Positions 14,178 to 58,091 of a stretch of DNA of 64,000 nucleotides are shown here, one piece after another. A program made the translations under genes and the position numbers. A model generated the notes under the pieces. The model was not told the origin of the DNA, ran no database searches, and saw only the letters and a list, made by a program, of their open reading frames with translations. Source of the stretch: Octopus bimaculoides (lineage: Eukaryota); NCBI RefSeq assembly GCF_001194135.2, contig NC_069006.1, positions 2,298,720 to 2,362,719 on the forward strand. The letters are read 5' to 3'. Every line of letters begins with the position of its first letter. The stretch's first letter is position 1.

Positions 14178-15423
14178 TTAACCCCTGAACATTAGATTAA
14201 ACCCTTCCGTGTAGACAACATTTGGCGTAAGTCTTCTTACATTTTCATTATGACGTCTACTTGTTGCTGATCTGGTAGATTCTTTTTGATCAGCAAATAT
14301 TTTAAGATTCACTGGATCCCCAACTCTACTAAGAGCGACATATAGTAAGTACGGTCGAAGGCATGTAGATGCCGCACTTAGAAAGGCTTTGCCCTTGACT
14401 TTTGTTAATAGACATCGCAAAAGAAGGTCTCACTGGAAATTGGCGTCTTTTCAAAGTAAAGGGCAAATCGGTATGAGATGTTTGCAGAATAATGCAAGGA
14501 ATCAAAAGTGTGCATCCTGCATCAACACCAGTTAGTTCACTTGCAGTTATTATATTATCTGACACTATAACGTGCGCCGTTGCAGTGCCCAATTCTCTGA
14601 TCTAAGTTTCTTAGCAACATTATAGGAACACCCGTTTTTGATTTGATAATGTGGGGTGGCATGACACTTATATTAAGAGAATTCAGAAATTCAGGAAGAT
14701 AGAAGGCAAATTGTTGATCTTCTGCAACGGAATCAATGCTCCTCAGAGTATATGTCTCACCTGGAAATTTCTGGATTATGTGGTAATTTAGATTGTCAAA
14801 TTCTTTATTCTTTGTTGTTCATATTGCTCGTGATGATAACTGTTAGGCATTGTTAAAATTAACCTCTAAATCTTCATAAACATGGTTGATCAAATCTTCC
14901 TTGCTGTTGACTTGAAATTACCGAGGAATCTCTATTACATCATCAAATAATTGTCTTTGAACATTGGGGATTCTTCCATTACCAATTTGCAATAACCAAA
15001 CAGAATGATATTCCAGTCGAGCTTGAGAGGTGTTATCATTAATCTGAGACAGGTTTGCACTCTCATATTAGTGGTGAGATGAAGTACTTCTCATTCGTGC
15101 CAAATTACGGATCTTTTCAAACATGCTCCAATTAGAGAAGACCCTTGTGTTTTTCGAACCACTGGAAGCATTTGACGGAAATCACCACCTAAAATTATCA
15201 ATTTGCCGCCAAAGATCAAATCGTTGTTCATTATGTCCTTCAGGGTTCGATTCAGCGCTTCAAATATATAACGATGACACATGGGTGCCTCGTTCCAAAC
15301 AATCAAGCGTGCACCGAGATATTCGCCCATAACTTGGTGACAGTTTGTCGTGGATAGCGGGTATAAATCCAAATTTTTAATATTTCTCTGAATATGGACG
15401 AACTGTTTTTTTATTTGAATCAA
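14178..15423 (-). mobile_element. Helitron RepHel PIF1-like helicase C-terminal region, frameshifted pseudogene
   Basis: Motifs LIVWNEAPMCHRYIFEALNRTLKD, FGGKLIILGGDFRQMLPVV, EFLNSL..MPPH...PIMLLRNL, RRQFPVRPSFAMSINKSQGQSL, YVALSRV. Confidence 0.92.
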
Positions 15424-15645
15424 GCACGATGAGATTTCAATTCAAGCAAATTGTTTCAACAATTTCTTCAAAACGATTTCAGCATAAACTTTCGGAAAAT
15501 ATGCTCAAAAAGAAACAAAAAATATTCAGTGAATCTTCTCAGATGCAAAAGCCTTTGTATCAATGATAGAAGTTTTATCTTAACTTTTTCCTGAATTCAC
15601 AAACTGACTGGTGGGAATAAAATGACCTGTTAATTATCGACTCTG

Positions 15646-15686
<41 letters not shown>

Positions 15687-15721
15687 GTGTGTGTGTATGT
15701 ATGCGTTACCAGTAACATAAA

Positions 15722-15753
<32 letters not shown>

Positions 15754-16816
15754 GTCTGTCTGTCTGTTTATCACTCTCTCTTTCTCTCTTTCTCTCTCTC
15801 TTTCTCTCGCTGCCTCTTTCTCTTCCTCCACTAAAGCTACCCATCACTTTCACTCCATTTCAACCCATTTCACACTATTCAATTCTTTCACCTCTCACCC
15901 CAACACCATTTTTTACCATACTCTGCAGCACCACATTTTTCTTGTGTACCTAGGTTTTTATCCCCCAGAGATAAAAGAGTCAATACTTTTATCTCTTGCA
16001 CACATAAGTCTGTCTTCAGTTCATTTCTCCATTGGAATTAAGATGGCATTGCTTTCATTACTGACCAGTCCTATACTATATACACGCATGCACGCACGCA
16101 CGCACACACAAACACACGCGCGCATCTGTAATTACCTACATGTTTTCACATACCACTAAATCGAAGGAAATAATCTATTCCCTCTTTAGTGACATCAGAT
16201 CTTATGATTATGATGAACGTGTCCAAAATTTGATAAAACTGTCCACAGAAGTTATGTGAAGAATTTTTTTGTTAATAACTCATTCTCGAATTGCCTCCTT
16301 TCTCAATTAGTATACTAAACATTGTGTACAAAAGGTATAAATTCAACATAACCCTAGGCATGCCTCACCAAAATGTTACCATGGCCCACGTTGGGAATCA
16401 CGGTAATATCTATTTACTGGTGGCTTTGGACAGATGGACGGACAGACGCGGCCAGGTATGACAATATTTGTATCTTATTTACACAAGGTGAGGTATAAAA
16501 ATAACCAAACTTTCTATTTCATTCCCTCCTTTCCTCTATCTAATTACTGATCGCGTCGGAAAGACGGACGGACGCGGCTCATATCATAGTATAAGATTTC
16601 ATTTAGAGATAAAACGCTCTAAATTACGAGGGTAGGGTGAAAAATTCATAGGCTGAATATGAAGGAGTGATTCTAGGGTTTTGAAATCTTGCATAATATA
16701 ATTTCAAACCTTTAATTACATTCGTCTTCCTTTTCGGGCGAACTGATATCTGGGGACCATTTGATACTACCTCGTATGAAAGAACCACGTGAATACTTCA
16801 ATGTTATCTGACACAG

Positions 16817-16865
<49 letters not shown>

Positions 16866-17471
16866 CACATGCACATGCATAGGTAAAGTATACTCTGTTG
16901 TGGTTTTGCATTTTCCTGACCTAAAATATGTCTAGTCATTGTTCGAATCCTGGAGGTTTTCATTGAACGATTTTTTGTATTTTTAATTACATCCTCTTTA
17001 AATTCGCATACTTCTACGCATAGTTTATGTATGTATGTATGTATGTATGCATCTATCTGTCTATTTATACGTGAAGGCGTAGCAATATGAAAAGAATTTA
17101 GTTTCTCAAAAACATGGTCCCAAGTTCAATCCCCAGCGTTGCAACTTGAGTAAATGTATTTTACAGTTGCTTCGGGTCGACGCCTTGTTTGTGGATGTGG
17201 AGGATAGAAACTGAAAGGGGCCTGCCACATTAACACACACATACATACACACAGAAACACACACATACGCGTTGTGTGTGTTTTTATGTGTGTACATATG
17301 TGTGTACATATGTGTAAATGTGTGTATGTGCGTGCGTGTGCGTGCGTGTGCGTGCGTGTGTATACGTGGGTGTGCGTGCGTGTGGATGTACGACGGTCTT
17401 CTTTCAGTATTTACGTCCCCAAATGAAGTCATTCGACAAACGAAATCGACAGAATATGCATTCTATCTATG

Positions 17472-17474
17472 ATG

Positions 17475-17526
<52 letters not shown>

Positions 17527-17527
17527 A

Positions 17528-17574
<47 letters not shown>
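17472..17574. repeat. (TATC)n microsatellite
   Basis: Direct reading; representative of dozens of (TA)n, (CA)n, (TATG)n, (CAT)n and (GA)n tracts. Confidence 0.95.
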
Positions 17575-17575
<1 letters not shown>

Positions 17576-18202
17576 CGAACCACTACTCCGGAAGCTGGCG
17601 ACACTGAGGGGTATCCCACGGGAGCTGGGTTGCGGGACGAGCGTGTCTGCATATGCGGACGATGTCACCGTCATAGTGTCGAGCGAAAAGCACGTCGAGA
17701 TGCTAGGCGAGACACTTAAAGAATACGAAACGGTGACAGGAGCAAAAATTAACCCGGAAAAGTCTGTGGGTTTGTTACTCGGCACCTGGAGAAGCAAGCC
17801 CATACCGTCCAACAGCGACTCCGTAGTGGGACGCTGGACGGACGGACCGGTTAAACTGCTCGGGGTCTGGTTCAGTCCGGACCTCCAAATGGATAAGAAC
17901 TGGGACGAGATCACCAGTAGAGTGATCAAAACTCAGCCAAACATGGGCCGAGAAAAAGTTATCTCTAAAAGGCCGGGCGGAGGTGGCTAATGTGTATATC
18001 GCATCAGTCATCGATTACCGCCTGACCGTCGTGCCTTGTCCTGATGCCACTATCACAAAACTAGAACGCATACTTTTCCACTTTCTGTGGAAAGGTGGCG
18101 TTCCGATGGTGAGGCGATCCATTTGCTGTCAACAACCATTACATGGAGGACTGGGGATGCCGTGGTTAATGATGCGCAGACATGCGCTGAGACTGCGGCA
18201 TC
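17575..18202 (+). mobile_element. L1/Tx1-clade non-LTR retrotransposon RT C-terminal fragment
   Basis: LEPLLRKL...AYADDVTVIV...GAKINPEKS...KLLGVWF, then frameshift to ...FLWKG...GGLGMP; runs into an N gap. Confidence 0.88.
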
Positions 18203-18836
18203 NNNNNNNNNNNNNNNNNNNNNNNNNNNNNNNNNNNNNNNNNNNNNNNNNNNNNNNNNNNNNNNNNNNNNNNNNNNNNNNNNNNNNNNNNNNNNNNNNN
18301 NNNNNNNNNNNNNNNNNNNNNNNNNNNNNNNNNNNNNNNNNNNNNNNNNNNNNNNNNNNNNNNNNNNNNNNNNNNNNNNNNNNNNNNNNNNNNNNNNNNN
18401 NNNNNNNNNNNNNNNNNNNNNNNNNNNNNNNNNNNNNNNNNNNNNNNNNNNNNNNNNNNNNNNNNNNNNNNNNNNNNNNNNNNNNNNNNNNNNNNNNNNN
18501 NNNNNNNNNNNNNNNNNNNNNNNNNNNNNNNNNNNNNNNNNNNNNNNNNNNNNNNNNNNNNNNNNNNNNNNNNNNNNNNNNNNNNNNNNNNNNNNNNNNN
18601 NNNNNNNNNNNNNNNNNNNNNNNNNNNNNNNNNNNNNNNNNNNNNNNNNNNNNNNNNNNNNNNNNNNNNNNNNNNNNNNNNNNNNNNNNNNNNNNNNNNN
18701 NNNNNNNNNNNNNNNNNNNNNNNNNNNNNNNNNNNNNNNNNNNNNNNNNNNNNNNNNNNNNNNNNNNNNNNNNNNNNNNNNNNNNNNNNNNNNNNNNNNN
18801 NNNNNNNNNNNNNNNNNNNNNNNNNNNNNNNNNNNG

Positions 18837-19160
18837 TAGTTGTTGTGTGCCTAAAGCACAGTGGTGTATTTTTAGATCGCGAAATGTTGGGCATTTTCAT
18901 CAAGTCAGAAGAGGATACTTCTTCGAAATATTTTTCAAAAACCTCACTTCTCGTTTTTGAAAGAGAGTTTTTCAACTTTTCAATCAATTTCAAGCAATCA
19001 CCGGCTGTCGTGCCTGGACGCTGTAAGCTACGTGCCATTGGCTCACATACCTCAAATATATCCCCAGCGATTTTAATGCCGAACAAAATGGAAGCTTTGC
19101 CAGATTGTTTTTCAGCAACACCAGTTTCAACTGTTCTTTTATCCCAAGTCATTCCTTGAT
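18837..19160 (-). mobile_element. hAT-type (ZMYM1-like) transposase fragment
   Basis: IFEVCEPMARSLQRPGTTAGDCLKLIEKLKNSLSKTRSEVFEKYF resembles the hAT pattern IFxxxxxLSxxLQ...LxxxRxxxF. Confidence 0.5.
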
Positions 19161-19926
19161 ATTTAAAAAATATTGTTTTGTAACTTTATACTTGCATTCA
19201 TAGCTGGAATTTATCATGTCAGCAACAAGAAATCTGAGAGACTCATCTAAAACAGAAAAAAACATTTCTAAAGACGTAGAATGGTTTTGGGGTCAAGATA
19301 TTACTCTTTCTCTGCTGCCATATTTTGATGTCAAACTTTGACTAATAATGCTAAATCCCCTTCATACAATTTCCATAGCCTTTTAAGTCATTTGTTGACG
19401 ATTTAGAATAATGTAGGCGAAGAAATTCTAAGAGAAGTTCTTCAGTAAACATAAGACAGCTGCATATCATTTCAACCACTTTGCACACACCTACACACTT
19501 CCTCTGAGCATCATCTGTCCCACTGTGGTCGAGCGAACTACTGGTATAGCAGCAGAAGACCCATCAGAATCACAACATGCAGCCTTAAATGAAGTCAGAA
19601 TAATGGGAATCGTTTTTACATTTTGAATAGAACTTTGTGATTTACTGGAACATCGCTTTGAAAGTAAATCTATATACGGTCGAATTTATTTCCATTTACT
19701 TTTCCTCAATGACCTCATGACACAGTAAATATATAACAACAACCAAAGCAACTGCACCAAATTCTCACCCACATATTCAACAGGGTAGCAACAAAGGAGA
19801 CAAATGAAAAAAAAACAAAACAATAAATAAACAGATGCACACGTAAGCAGAATTCCTGCCACAAATTTAACCATGATATATCAACTGCATGCTCAATTGA
19901 TATCTTGTCTACATATGCGTATATAC

Positions 19927-19959
<33 letters not shown>

Positions 19960-22900
19960 GCTAGATAAATGTATGTATATATATATANNNNNNNNNNNNN
20001 NNNNNNNNNNNNNNNNNNNNNNNNNNNNNNNNNNNNNNNNNNNNNNNNNNNNNNNNNNNNNNNNNNNNNNNNNNNNNNNNNNNNNNNNNNNNNNNNNNNN
20101 NNNNNNNNNNNNNNNNNNNNNNNNNNNNNNNNNNNNNNNNNNNNNNNNNNNNNNNNNNNNNNNNNNNNNNNNNNNNNNNNNNNNNNNNNNNNNNNNNNNN
20201 NNNNNNNNNNNNNNNNNNNNNNNNNNNNNNNNNNNNNNNNNNNNNNNNNNNNNNNNNNNNNNNNNNNNNNNNNNNNNNNNNNNNNNNNNNNNNNNNNNNN
20301 NNNNNNNNNATATATATATATACTTACATATATATAACACTTTCGCTAGGTGTAAAAATCACCTAAGTGATATTAGATATCCGTAGAACTTACTGGTTTT
20401 TATTACGTGTATCAATAACAAAGTTTTCCAATAGGTAAATAAATACAAATAAACAAAGAGTTTATTAATTTATAAATATAAATAAGAAATGGAGACTGCT
20501 GTAATTTGTAAGATGTGCCATTTGTTTGTATAAAATATTTAAATTGAATTGAATTTATAATTGTTCAATTCATTGTTTTGCTTTCCATTTCTTAAATATA
20601 TATATATATATATACAAAACATTTTTATATTATGTTTTCTCATTCGAATGCCCGTTCGCTAGTCTTATTGTGTTTATGTATTGTGTTTTCATTTTTTAAT
20701 TTTTGAACGCTTTCAGTTTTTTCTTCTCCCAGCGTTTTAATGTTCCCTCTGTTCTCTTATGACATTTCCGCTGTTTTAAATGCTTGCACTCGCACCCACA
20801 ATGATCCTTTGGAAACTTCACTCACATTCCTTCATGAACACATTATTCATTTTCCTACTTTCGGATAAAAATAAAATTAGCAGGTTTTAGGGTCATGCAT
20901 CGAGTGACCTAGAGACCCGCATGGCTGAACGGCGGCAAAAATTCTGCTTTAAGCATTCCGTATAACCCCATAATGTTTCTTTTTAGTTTTGGGGATTTTC
21001 AGAAATCCTTTACGAATCTGTGTTCCACACATGTCTGTCACTCTGAAATAATGATGTTCTTCAGTATCTTTCTCCCAATAAACATATTTAATGGCCCATT
21101 GCTGGGATTTAAGCCAAGGATTTACTTAAATTGGCTTCCATCGCCTACCCCCACCGACATCCAACTCCCACTACCAAGGTTCATATTTTTTTTACCCGGC
21201 TTTAAGCATTTCATATAACTCCTCATAGCTTTTTCCTAGTTTTTGGAATTTTCTGAATATTTTAACGAATTTGTGTTCCACACACGAAAATTCATGTTTA
21301 TGGAAAAACAAAATGTAAAAATATTGCGTTATTAGGGGTTATTTGGTTGTTATTTTCAGCACATCTCACGACCACCTGATACCCTCTTTGTCACTCTGAA
21401 GTAGTGATGTTGTTCAATATCGTTCTCCCCATGAACACATTCAATGGTCTATTGCTGGTATTTAAGCCAAACTTTTGGACTGTCCGTATTTTCAAATGAT
21501 TTTTTAAAACAAAATCGAAAAATTAAAAATAAATTTGTTTTTCACAGTTGTATGAATTCCAATATGTAGAATAAAAGCTTGCAAAACATTTTTAAAAATT
21601 CCAAAGAATAAAATGCTATGAGGAATTACATTGCGTGCTTAAAACAGAATTCCGCCAAAACGATTTTGAAACATTTTATCAGCGTTGTTGACGATTTAAA
21701 ATAATATAGGTGAAGAAATTCTAAAAGAAATCCTTCAGTCCACTTATTCCCCCCGCTACTCTCGTAACAGCCAGTCTACCTCCATCACCATCTTTCCTCC
21801 TGCCACCAACCGATCCCCACTGCTAACCTTCATATCGTTTCACCTGGTTCCCACCTCTCCCTCCATCACCAACCTTTACCCCAACCATCATCCTCTCCCA
21901 GTCTAAATCCTCATGCTGATCGAAATGATGCCCCCAGTTCACCCCCAAGCTGTCTTTTCTGCCCCTATACAAATCGCTATTTGAAGACCATCAAATGTCA
22001 CTTGTGTAACCCATCACAGGAGCTTCGTTGGCATTACTAAGGTCCAGGCTGAAAGTTTTTCAAATTGGACATGCAACCAACGTCACTTCAGCTCCCACAT
22101 ACTTCCCGAGGCCGAACCTTGCTCTGATGTTCAGATTCATGTCAAGGATTTTGCAGCCGCCGTCCACATATTCATGACTGCAAACCGGTCATCAACACTT
22201 CAGTCCATTCGGTTATTGTATATCATTATGTATGCCTTACCAGAAGTCCTTGATAAACATGTGTTTGGTTAAAATTATGATCAAAGATACTCACTCATGT
22301 TAAAGCAATGGGCATACATACACAACTGTGCCCCACTGAGTCGTAAAAAAGTTTTTTCACAGAAGTGGGAGAAAAAGTTAAAGAAATTCACAAAAGTCGG
22401 TTTGTTTCCTCATGACTTTTTTTTGTTTTAAATGTGTGTTTTTAGATGAAAATTTCAACAAATACATTTTAGAGTGTGTAGATTACAATTATATCTGAAT
22501 TTGATATGAGAATAAAATATAGTGGAATAGTACACATACGTCTTAAAACACATCAAGTCTATTGCTCACCAAATTCCAAGATAATCGAAGTTTCACACCA
22601 TTTTTGCTCTCTATAGATATCATGGAGAACGAAAATGAGAGAAAGAACTCAAGAAATCTATATTGTGTGCTGATATAGCTACATAATGTTTCTTATTCTG
22701 CTGCAATCACTGAGGCTATGTTATGAAGAGAAGGGACTTAACTGCGTAGATCTCTATGTAACTGATACCAGGTGTTAGCTGATCATTGTATGTTTTCGTC
22801 ACTGCCCATCCATTGTTTAACCATTGTGACAGCACTCTTGCTATCTGCTAGTTATGCTTGTGTTGTGTGTCTAGTCTGATGTCTATCTGCCATTTGTCTA

Positions 22901-23239
22901 TAATTGCTAAAATGCACTGAATATTTTGTGGTGGCTTTGCTCAGAAAAAAAGCAAATAGAAGATACAATTGTTGTTAGATCCAGTTCCACACAAAATCTT
23001 GAATGGTGACATTTTTTTTATGGCATCGGTAATATTCCAGTGAGTAGCGATTATCATGTTGAACTGGTTTCTTTTCCTGGCTATAGTCATCCGGGGTTTT
23101 TTCTTAAATATTCCTGCTTCACAAATGAAAATGTAGAATGTCAACTTTGAAAAATGTGACGAAATGATACAAGACAGGTGTGTGCTGTGCCATGTTGAAG
23201 TACCTTAATACCGAAGATAGTAAATGAAGTCGTGAGCTG

Positions 23240-23440
23240 ACAGAATTGTTAGCTGGATGAAATATTTAGCAGCATTTCACTCGTTGCTATGTTCTGAGTT
23301 CAAATTCTGCCGAGGTCGACTTTACCTTTCAACCTTTCGGGGTCGATAAAATAAGTATCATTTGAACACTGAGATCGGTGTAATCGACTCGTCCCCTCCC
23401 CCAAAATTGCTGCCCTTGTTGAAACATTTGAAACAATTAT
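23240..23440 (+). mobile_element. tRNA-derived SINE, second family (decayed)
   Basis: GTTCTGAGTTCAAATTCTGCCGAGGTCGACTTT...GGGGTCGATAAAATAAGTA; same family as 57857-58091. Confidence 0.7.
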
Positions 23441-24029
23441 ATTAAAGATAGTAATGACTATATATTACTCAGGTGTAAATACCTAGGTATAAGTAGAAAA
23501 CTATTCAAAGTTCAGGAGATATAGATACAGAGAGTGGTACTAGGAATATAGGGGAGTAAATGTATTGATATAGGAAACTATTTACTATATTATGGGCTGC
23601 AGATATAATAGAAATAATACATTTCTAAATCTCTCAGAGAGATTTATGCAGTAGCAGCACAATAAAGTGATAGTATGTTGTCAACTTAATGTGACAGTCT
23701 CCATGAAAGGGAAGAATGCTACTGTTATTTAGCCCTAGGAAACACCGTTTCTTGTTGGACTTGACACAGAAAGCTTACTTATATAATTTTGTTCGTTATC
23801 TTTAAGATTTATAGGAGGATGTCATGGTAGGAAAGTTTCTGTTCTTTTATCAAAATTAAGGGATTTCACTATATTATTTCCTTGTTTATTGATACTAAAT
23901 AAATCCGAATTTTGTGCCAGTTTGTAATCGTTATTTAGTTCTTTATAAGATAGAGGCTTGGAAATGATCGTCGTTATATGGATTTCACCTGAAACTCATG
24001 GGAGAAGTGTCTACCTAATGTGGATCCAA

Positions 24030-24730
24030 AGGAGTGACCAGCAATCCAAATAGACAGTAGCTTGGTAGACAAAGCCATGAAGGATATGAAGACAGGGAAA
24101 GCCCCCGGCCCATCAGGAATAAACGCTAAGATGCTTAAAATATCTAACGGTGTGGGTTATAGTATAGTCACTCGTATAGTCAATCAAGTTGTATACGAAG
24201 GACTAATATCCAATGAAAGGCAAAGGTGATGCCTTAGGTAGAAATAATTACAGAGATATCAAATTTTTGGATCAGGTGGTGAGAGTTACGGAAAGGGTCA
24301 TAACCCAACTAATTAGGAAGAGAGTCTACAAGTTTGGTTTTGTGCCAGGGAGAAGGACCACTGATGCTTCATTCCTGTTACGGCAGCCGCAGGAGAAGTA
24401 CCTAGCCAAAATTAAACCCCTGTACTTGGCTTTCAATGACATGGAGAAAACCTTTGATATGGTCCCCCACTCCCTTAATTTGATGGTCAATGCGAAAACT
24501 AGGGATAGACAAGTGGATAGACAGCGTTGCTATCAGTAAGGTGAGGGTCGGCAATGAGTATAGCGATGAATTCAGGGTACAAGTAGGGGTTCATCAAGAA
24601 TCAGTCCACAGTCCCCTCTTGTTCATCATAGTCCTCCAGGCAATAACGGGAATTTAAGATGAGCTGCCCCTAGGAGCTTCTCTGTACTGATGTTCTTATA
24701 GTTGATTCCCCACCAGAACTAGAGAAGAAA
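24030..24730 (+). mobile_element. RTE-clade LINE reverse transcriptase fragment (decayed)
   Basis: KAMKDMKTGKAPGPSGI, KGKGDAL..NNYRDIK, FGFVPGRRTTDA, LYLAFNDMEKTFD. Confidence 0.88.
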
Positions 24731-25379
24731 TGTTTTCGGATCCCTCCGTTTTAGATGTCGGAGATTACGAATATGCAAGAAATCACGTTTTCAAAATTTT
24801 AAATTCAATAAGCATATAGATATGTGTATAAAGAGATAGATAGATATGAATGTCTTCCTGGGACTAAAAACAACAGTAATACTGTCTTCTATAGGACCAC
24901 CATATTTAGTTGACAAATATATTTTATGGATAAACGGACAGGGATAAATAGATAGACAGATAAATAAATAGATGAATAAGTTCAAAATTTAAAATTGGGG
25001 AGGGGTGAAATTTGAGCCCCTTATTAAACTTCATAACATTAATTATTAAACATTGTTTGTTTCTCATAAAATGGTGTATATTTAATTTACATTAAATTAT
25101 TATTTACGATTATTTAAGGCAGATACAAGTAAAACGTAAATTCTTTTCATTTTAATGTTTTTGTCTGTATTTAATTTCGATTTGTATATGTTCGTCAATT
25201 CACTACGATCTCTTTAAAGTAAACAAAATCAAAAATTTATATTAGTGGTGGAGAGGAGGAGGTGAAATAATTTTTATTTTTCCATATTCGTAATCTCCGA
25301 TATCTAAAACGTTGGAATCCGAAAAACATTTTTCGAAAAAAATGTATTTTTCAAGGAGAGGTATGAAACTGCATTAGCC

Positions 25380-25950
25380 CCGAAATTTCAAACATGGAAA
25401 CAAGGTCTCAAAGAGTCTGAGAGTTAACCTAACAAAAACCAAAATCTTAGTGCATAGAAAGCGGACAGATCACAAATACTTTTGGGTAGATGGCTCTGCT
25501 CGATCTGAAGAAAAGGCGTATAAGAAGTGCAGCAATATCAAAGGAAGGTTAACAGGGAAAAATAGTCCTTGGGTGTGGAAGGTGGACAGGTACAATAAAC
25601 ATTAAAAATGTACAGAAAATAGACTCCATCAAATGCTAGTGGGGAAATTTAGAAGTAGTTAATAGCTTTCGCTATCTAAGTGACCAAACCAACAGTGGAG
25701 GTGGATGCTCTGAAAGCCTAGTTGCTAGAATAAGAATAGGTTGAGCAAAGTTCAGAGAGCTTCTAACTCTGTTGGTAACAAAGGATCTCTCCCTCAGAAT
25801 GAAAGGCAGACTGTATGATGTCTGGGTGGGAACAGCCATGCTTCTCAACAGTGAAACATGGGATGTGACTGCAAGGGATATCTGAAGGCTTGAAAGAAAT
25901 GAAGTGAGTATGCTTTGCAGTATGTGCAATGTCAGTGTGCCTGTACGATG
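25380..25950 (+). mobile_element. RTE-clade LINE fragment downstream of the RT domain
   Basis: LEVVNSFRYL..GGGCSESLVARIRIG*AKFRELL...LSLRMKGRLY...SETW. Confidence 0.8.
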
Positions 25951-26229
25951 ATAGATATATATACCATCATCATCATTTAACGTCTGCTTTCCATGCTGGC
26001 ATGGGTTGGAACGTTTGATTGGAGTTGGTAAGACCTTCCTAAATTTAATCACTCCAAGACTGTAATGGATGCTTTACATGTATGTATGTATGTATGTATG
26101 TATGTATGTATGTATGTATGTATGTATGTATGTATGAATACCCACATACATTCATACATTCATACATATATACATATATACATATATATACATCAATTAT
26201 TCAGTTTTGAGCAATGTTCTAGAAGCCAG

Positions 26230-26428
26230 TTTATATATTAGAACAGCTTTGATGCAATAATATTGTGTCCAAACATTGAAAAAAAGCAGAACTTTCAATT
26301 TCGTAATCTCCACAACCCGCAAGCACAAGAATTTGACATGGTAAGAATTATAAAACAAGAATTATTCAATGGCTTAAAATATCAACTGACATTTGACAAT
26401 ATTCTGTTTTTTTTTTTGTGTTTTGCAG
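26230..26428 (+). promoter_or_regulatory. Candidate TATA-like element, non-coding first exon and 88-nt 5'UTR intron (26341-26428) of gene B; mirrored in gene A (intron 8466-8384)
   Basis: TTTATATA at ~26230, donor ATG|GTAAGA and poly-T TTTTGCAG acceptor; all conserved in the inverted copy upstream of gene A. No transcript data. Confidence 0.4.
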
Positions 26429-26582
26429 TTTATAAAATAGTTGAACAGATAAATGAAAAGAAATTAAAGACAATTCATCTCTAAGAATATTTGATACAGA
26501 AATTCCTTATTCTTTGGAAAAAACCTTTAAAAAGGAAAACTCACCATTTCTCCAGACTAACCAATTCTTTCCATCTCCTGCC

Positions 26583-57459
<30,877 letters not shown>

Positions 57460-57856
57460 ATGAAAAATACACACCTCCTCAGCCTGCTTATGAACCTAAT
57501 ATTGAACAACTCTACATGCAGTCCATCAAATAGAGATGCATATAAAATTTTCAATCTTTCACTTCTACTTATTTCAGTCATTAGACTGCGGCCAGACTGG
57601 GGCACAAACGGGAAGAATTGCCGTTGAACAAATTGTTCCCAGGAAGTTTTGGTACATATTCCATCATTTTCTTCTGCAGAACTGCTAAGTTACAGGGACG
57701 TAAACAAACTAAAATATACATACAGGCACACAGACACACACAAATCCACTCATAAGCCTAAGGCTATAATAAAATCCCAAGGCTATAATAAAAGACACTT
57801 GCCAAAGTTGCCACATAGCAGAACTGAATCCAGAACCAAGATTTTGGGAAGTAAGC

Positions 57857-58091
57857 TTCTTATTTCTTTATTGCCCACAAGGAACTAAACATAGAGGGGA
57901 CAAACAAGGACAGACAAAGGGATTAAGTCGATTACATCGACCCCAGTGCGTAACTGGTACTTAATTTATCGACCCCGAAAGGATGAAAGGCAAAGTCGAC
58001 CTCGGCGGAATTTGAACTCAGAACGTAACGGCAGACGAAATACCGCTAAGCATTTCGCCCGGCGTGCTAACCACTCTGCCAGCTCGTCGCC
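57857..58091 (-). mobile_element. Young tRNA-derived SINE nested inside an older SINE (~57560-58130)
   Basis: Minus strand GGCGACGAGCTGGCAGAGTGGTTAGC (A box)...GAGTTCAAATTCC (B box)...GGGGTCGAT; the flanks continue the first SINE family. Confidence 0.85.

Noticed and set aside
19836-19850. Donor-like CAC|GTAAGC, conserved as CAC|GTAAGT at ~12700 on the other arm, as a distant 5'UTR exon
   Set aside because: It lies in a repeat-derived block with no supporting acceptor or promoter, and a closer TATA/5'UTR-intron model explains the start
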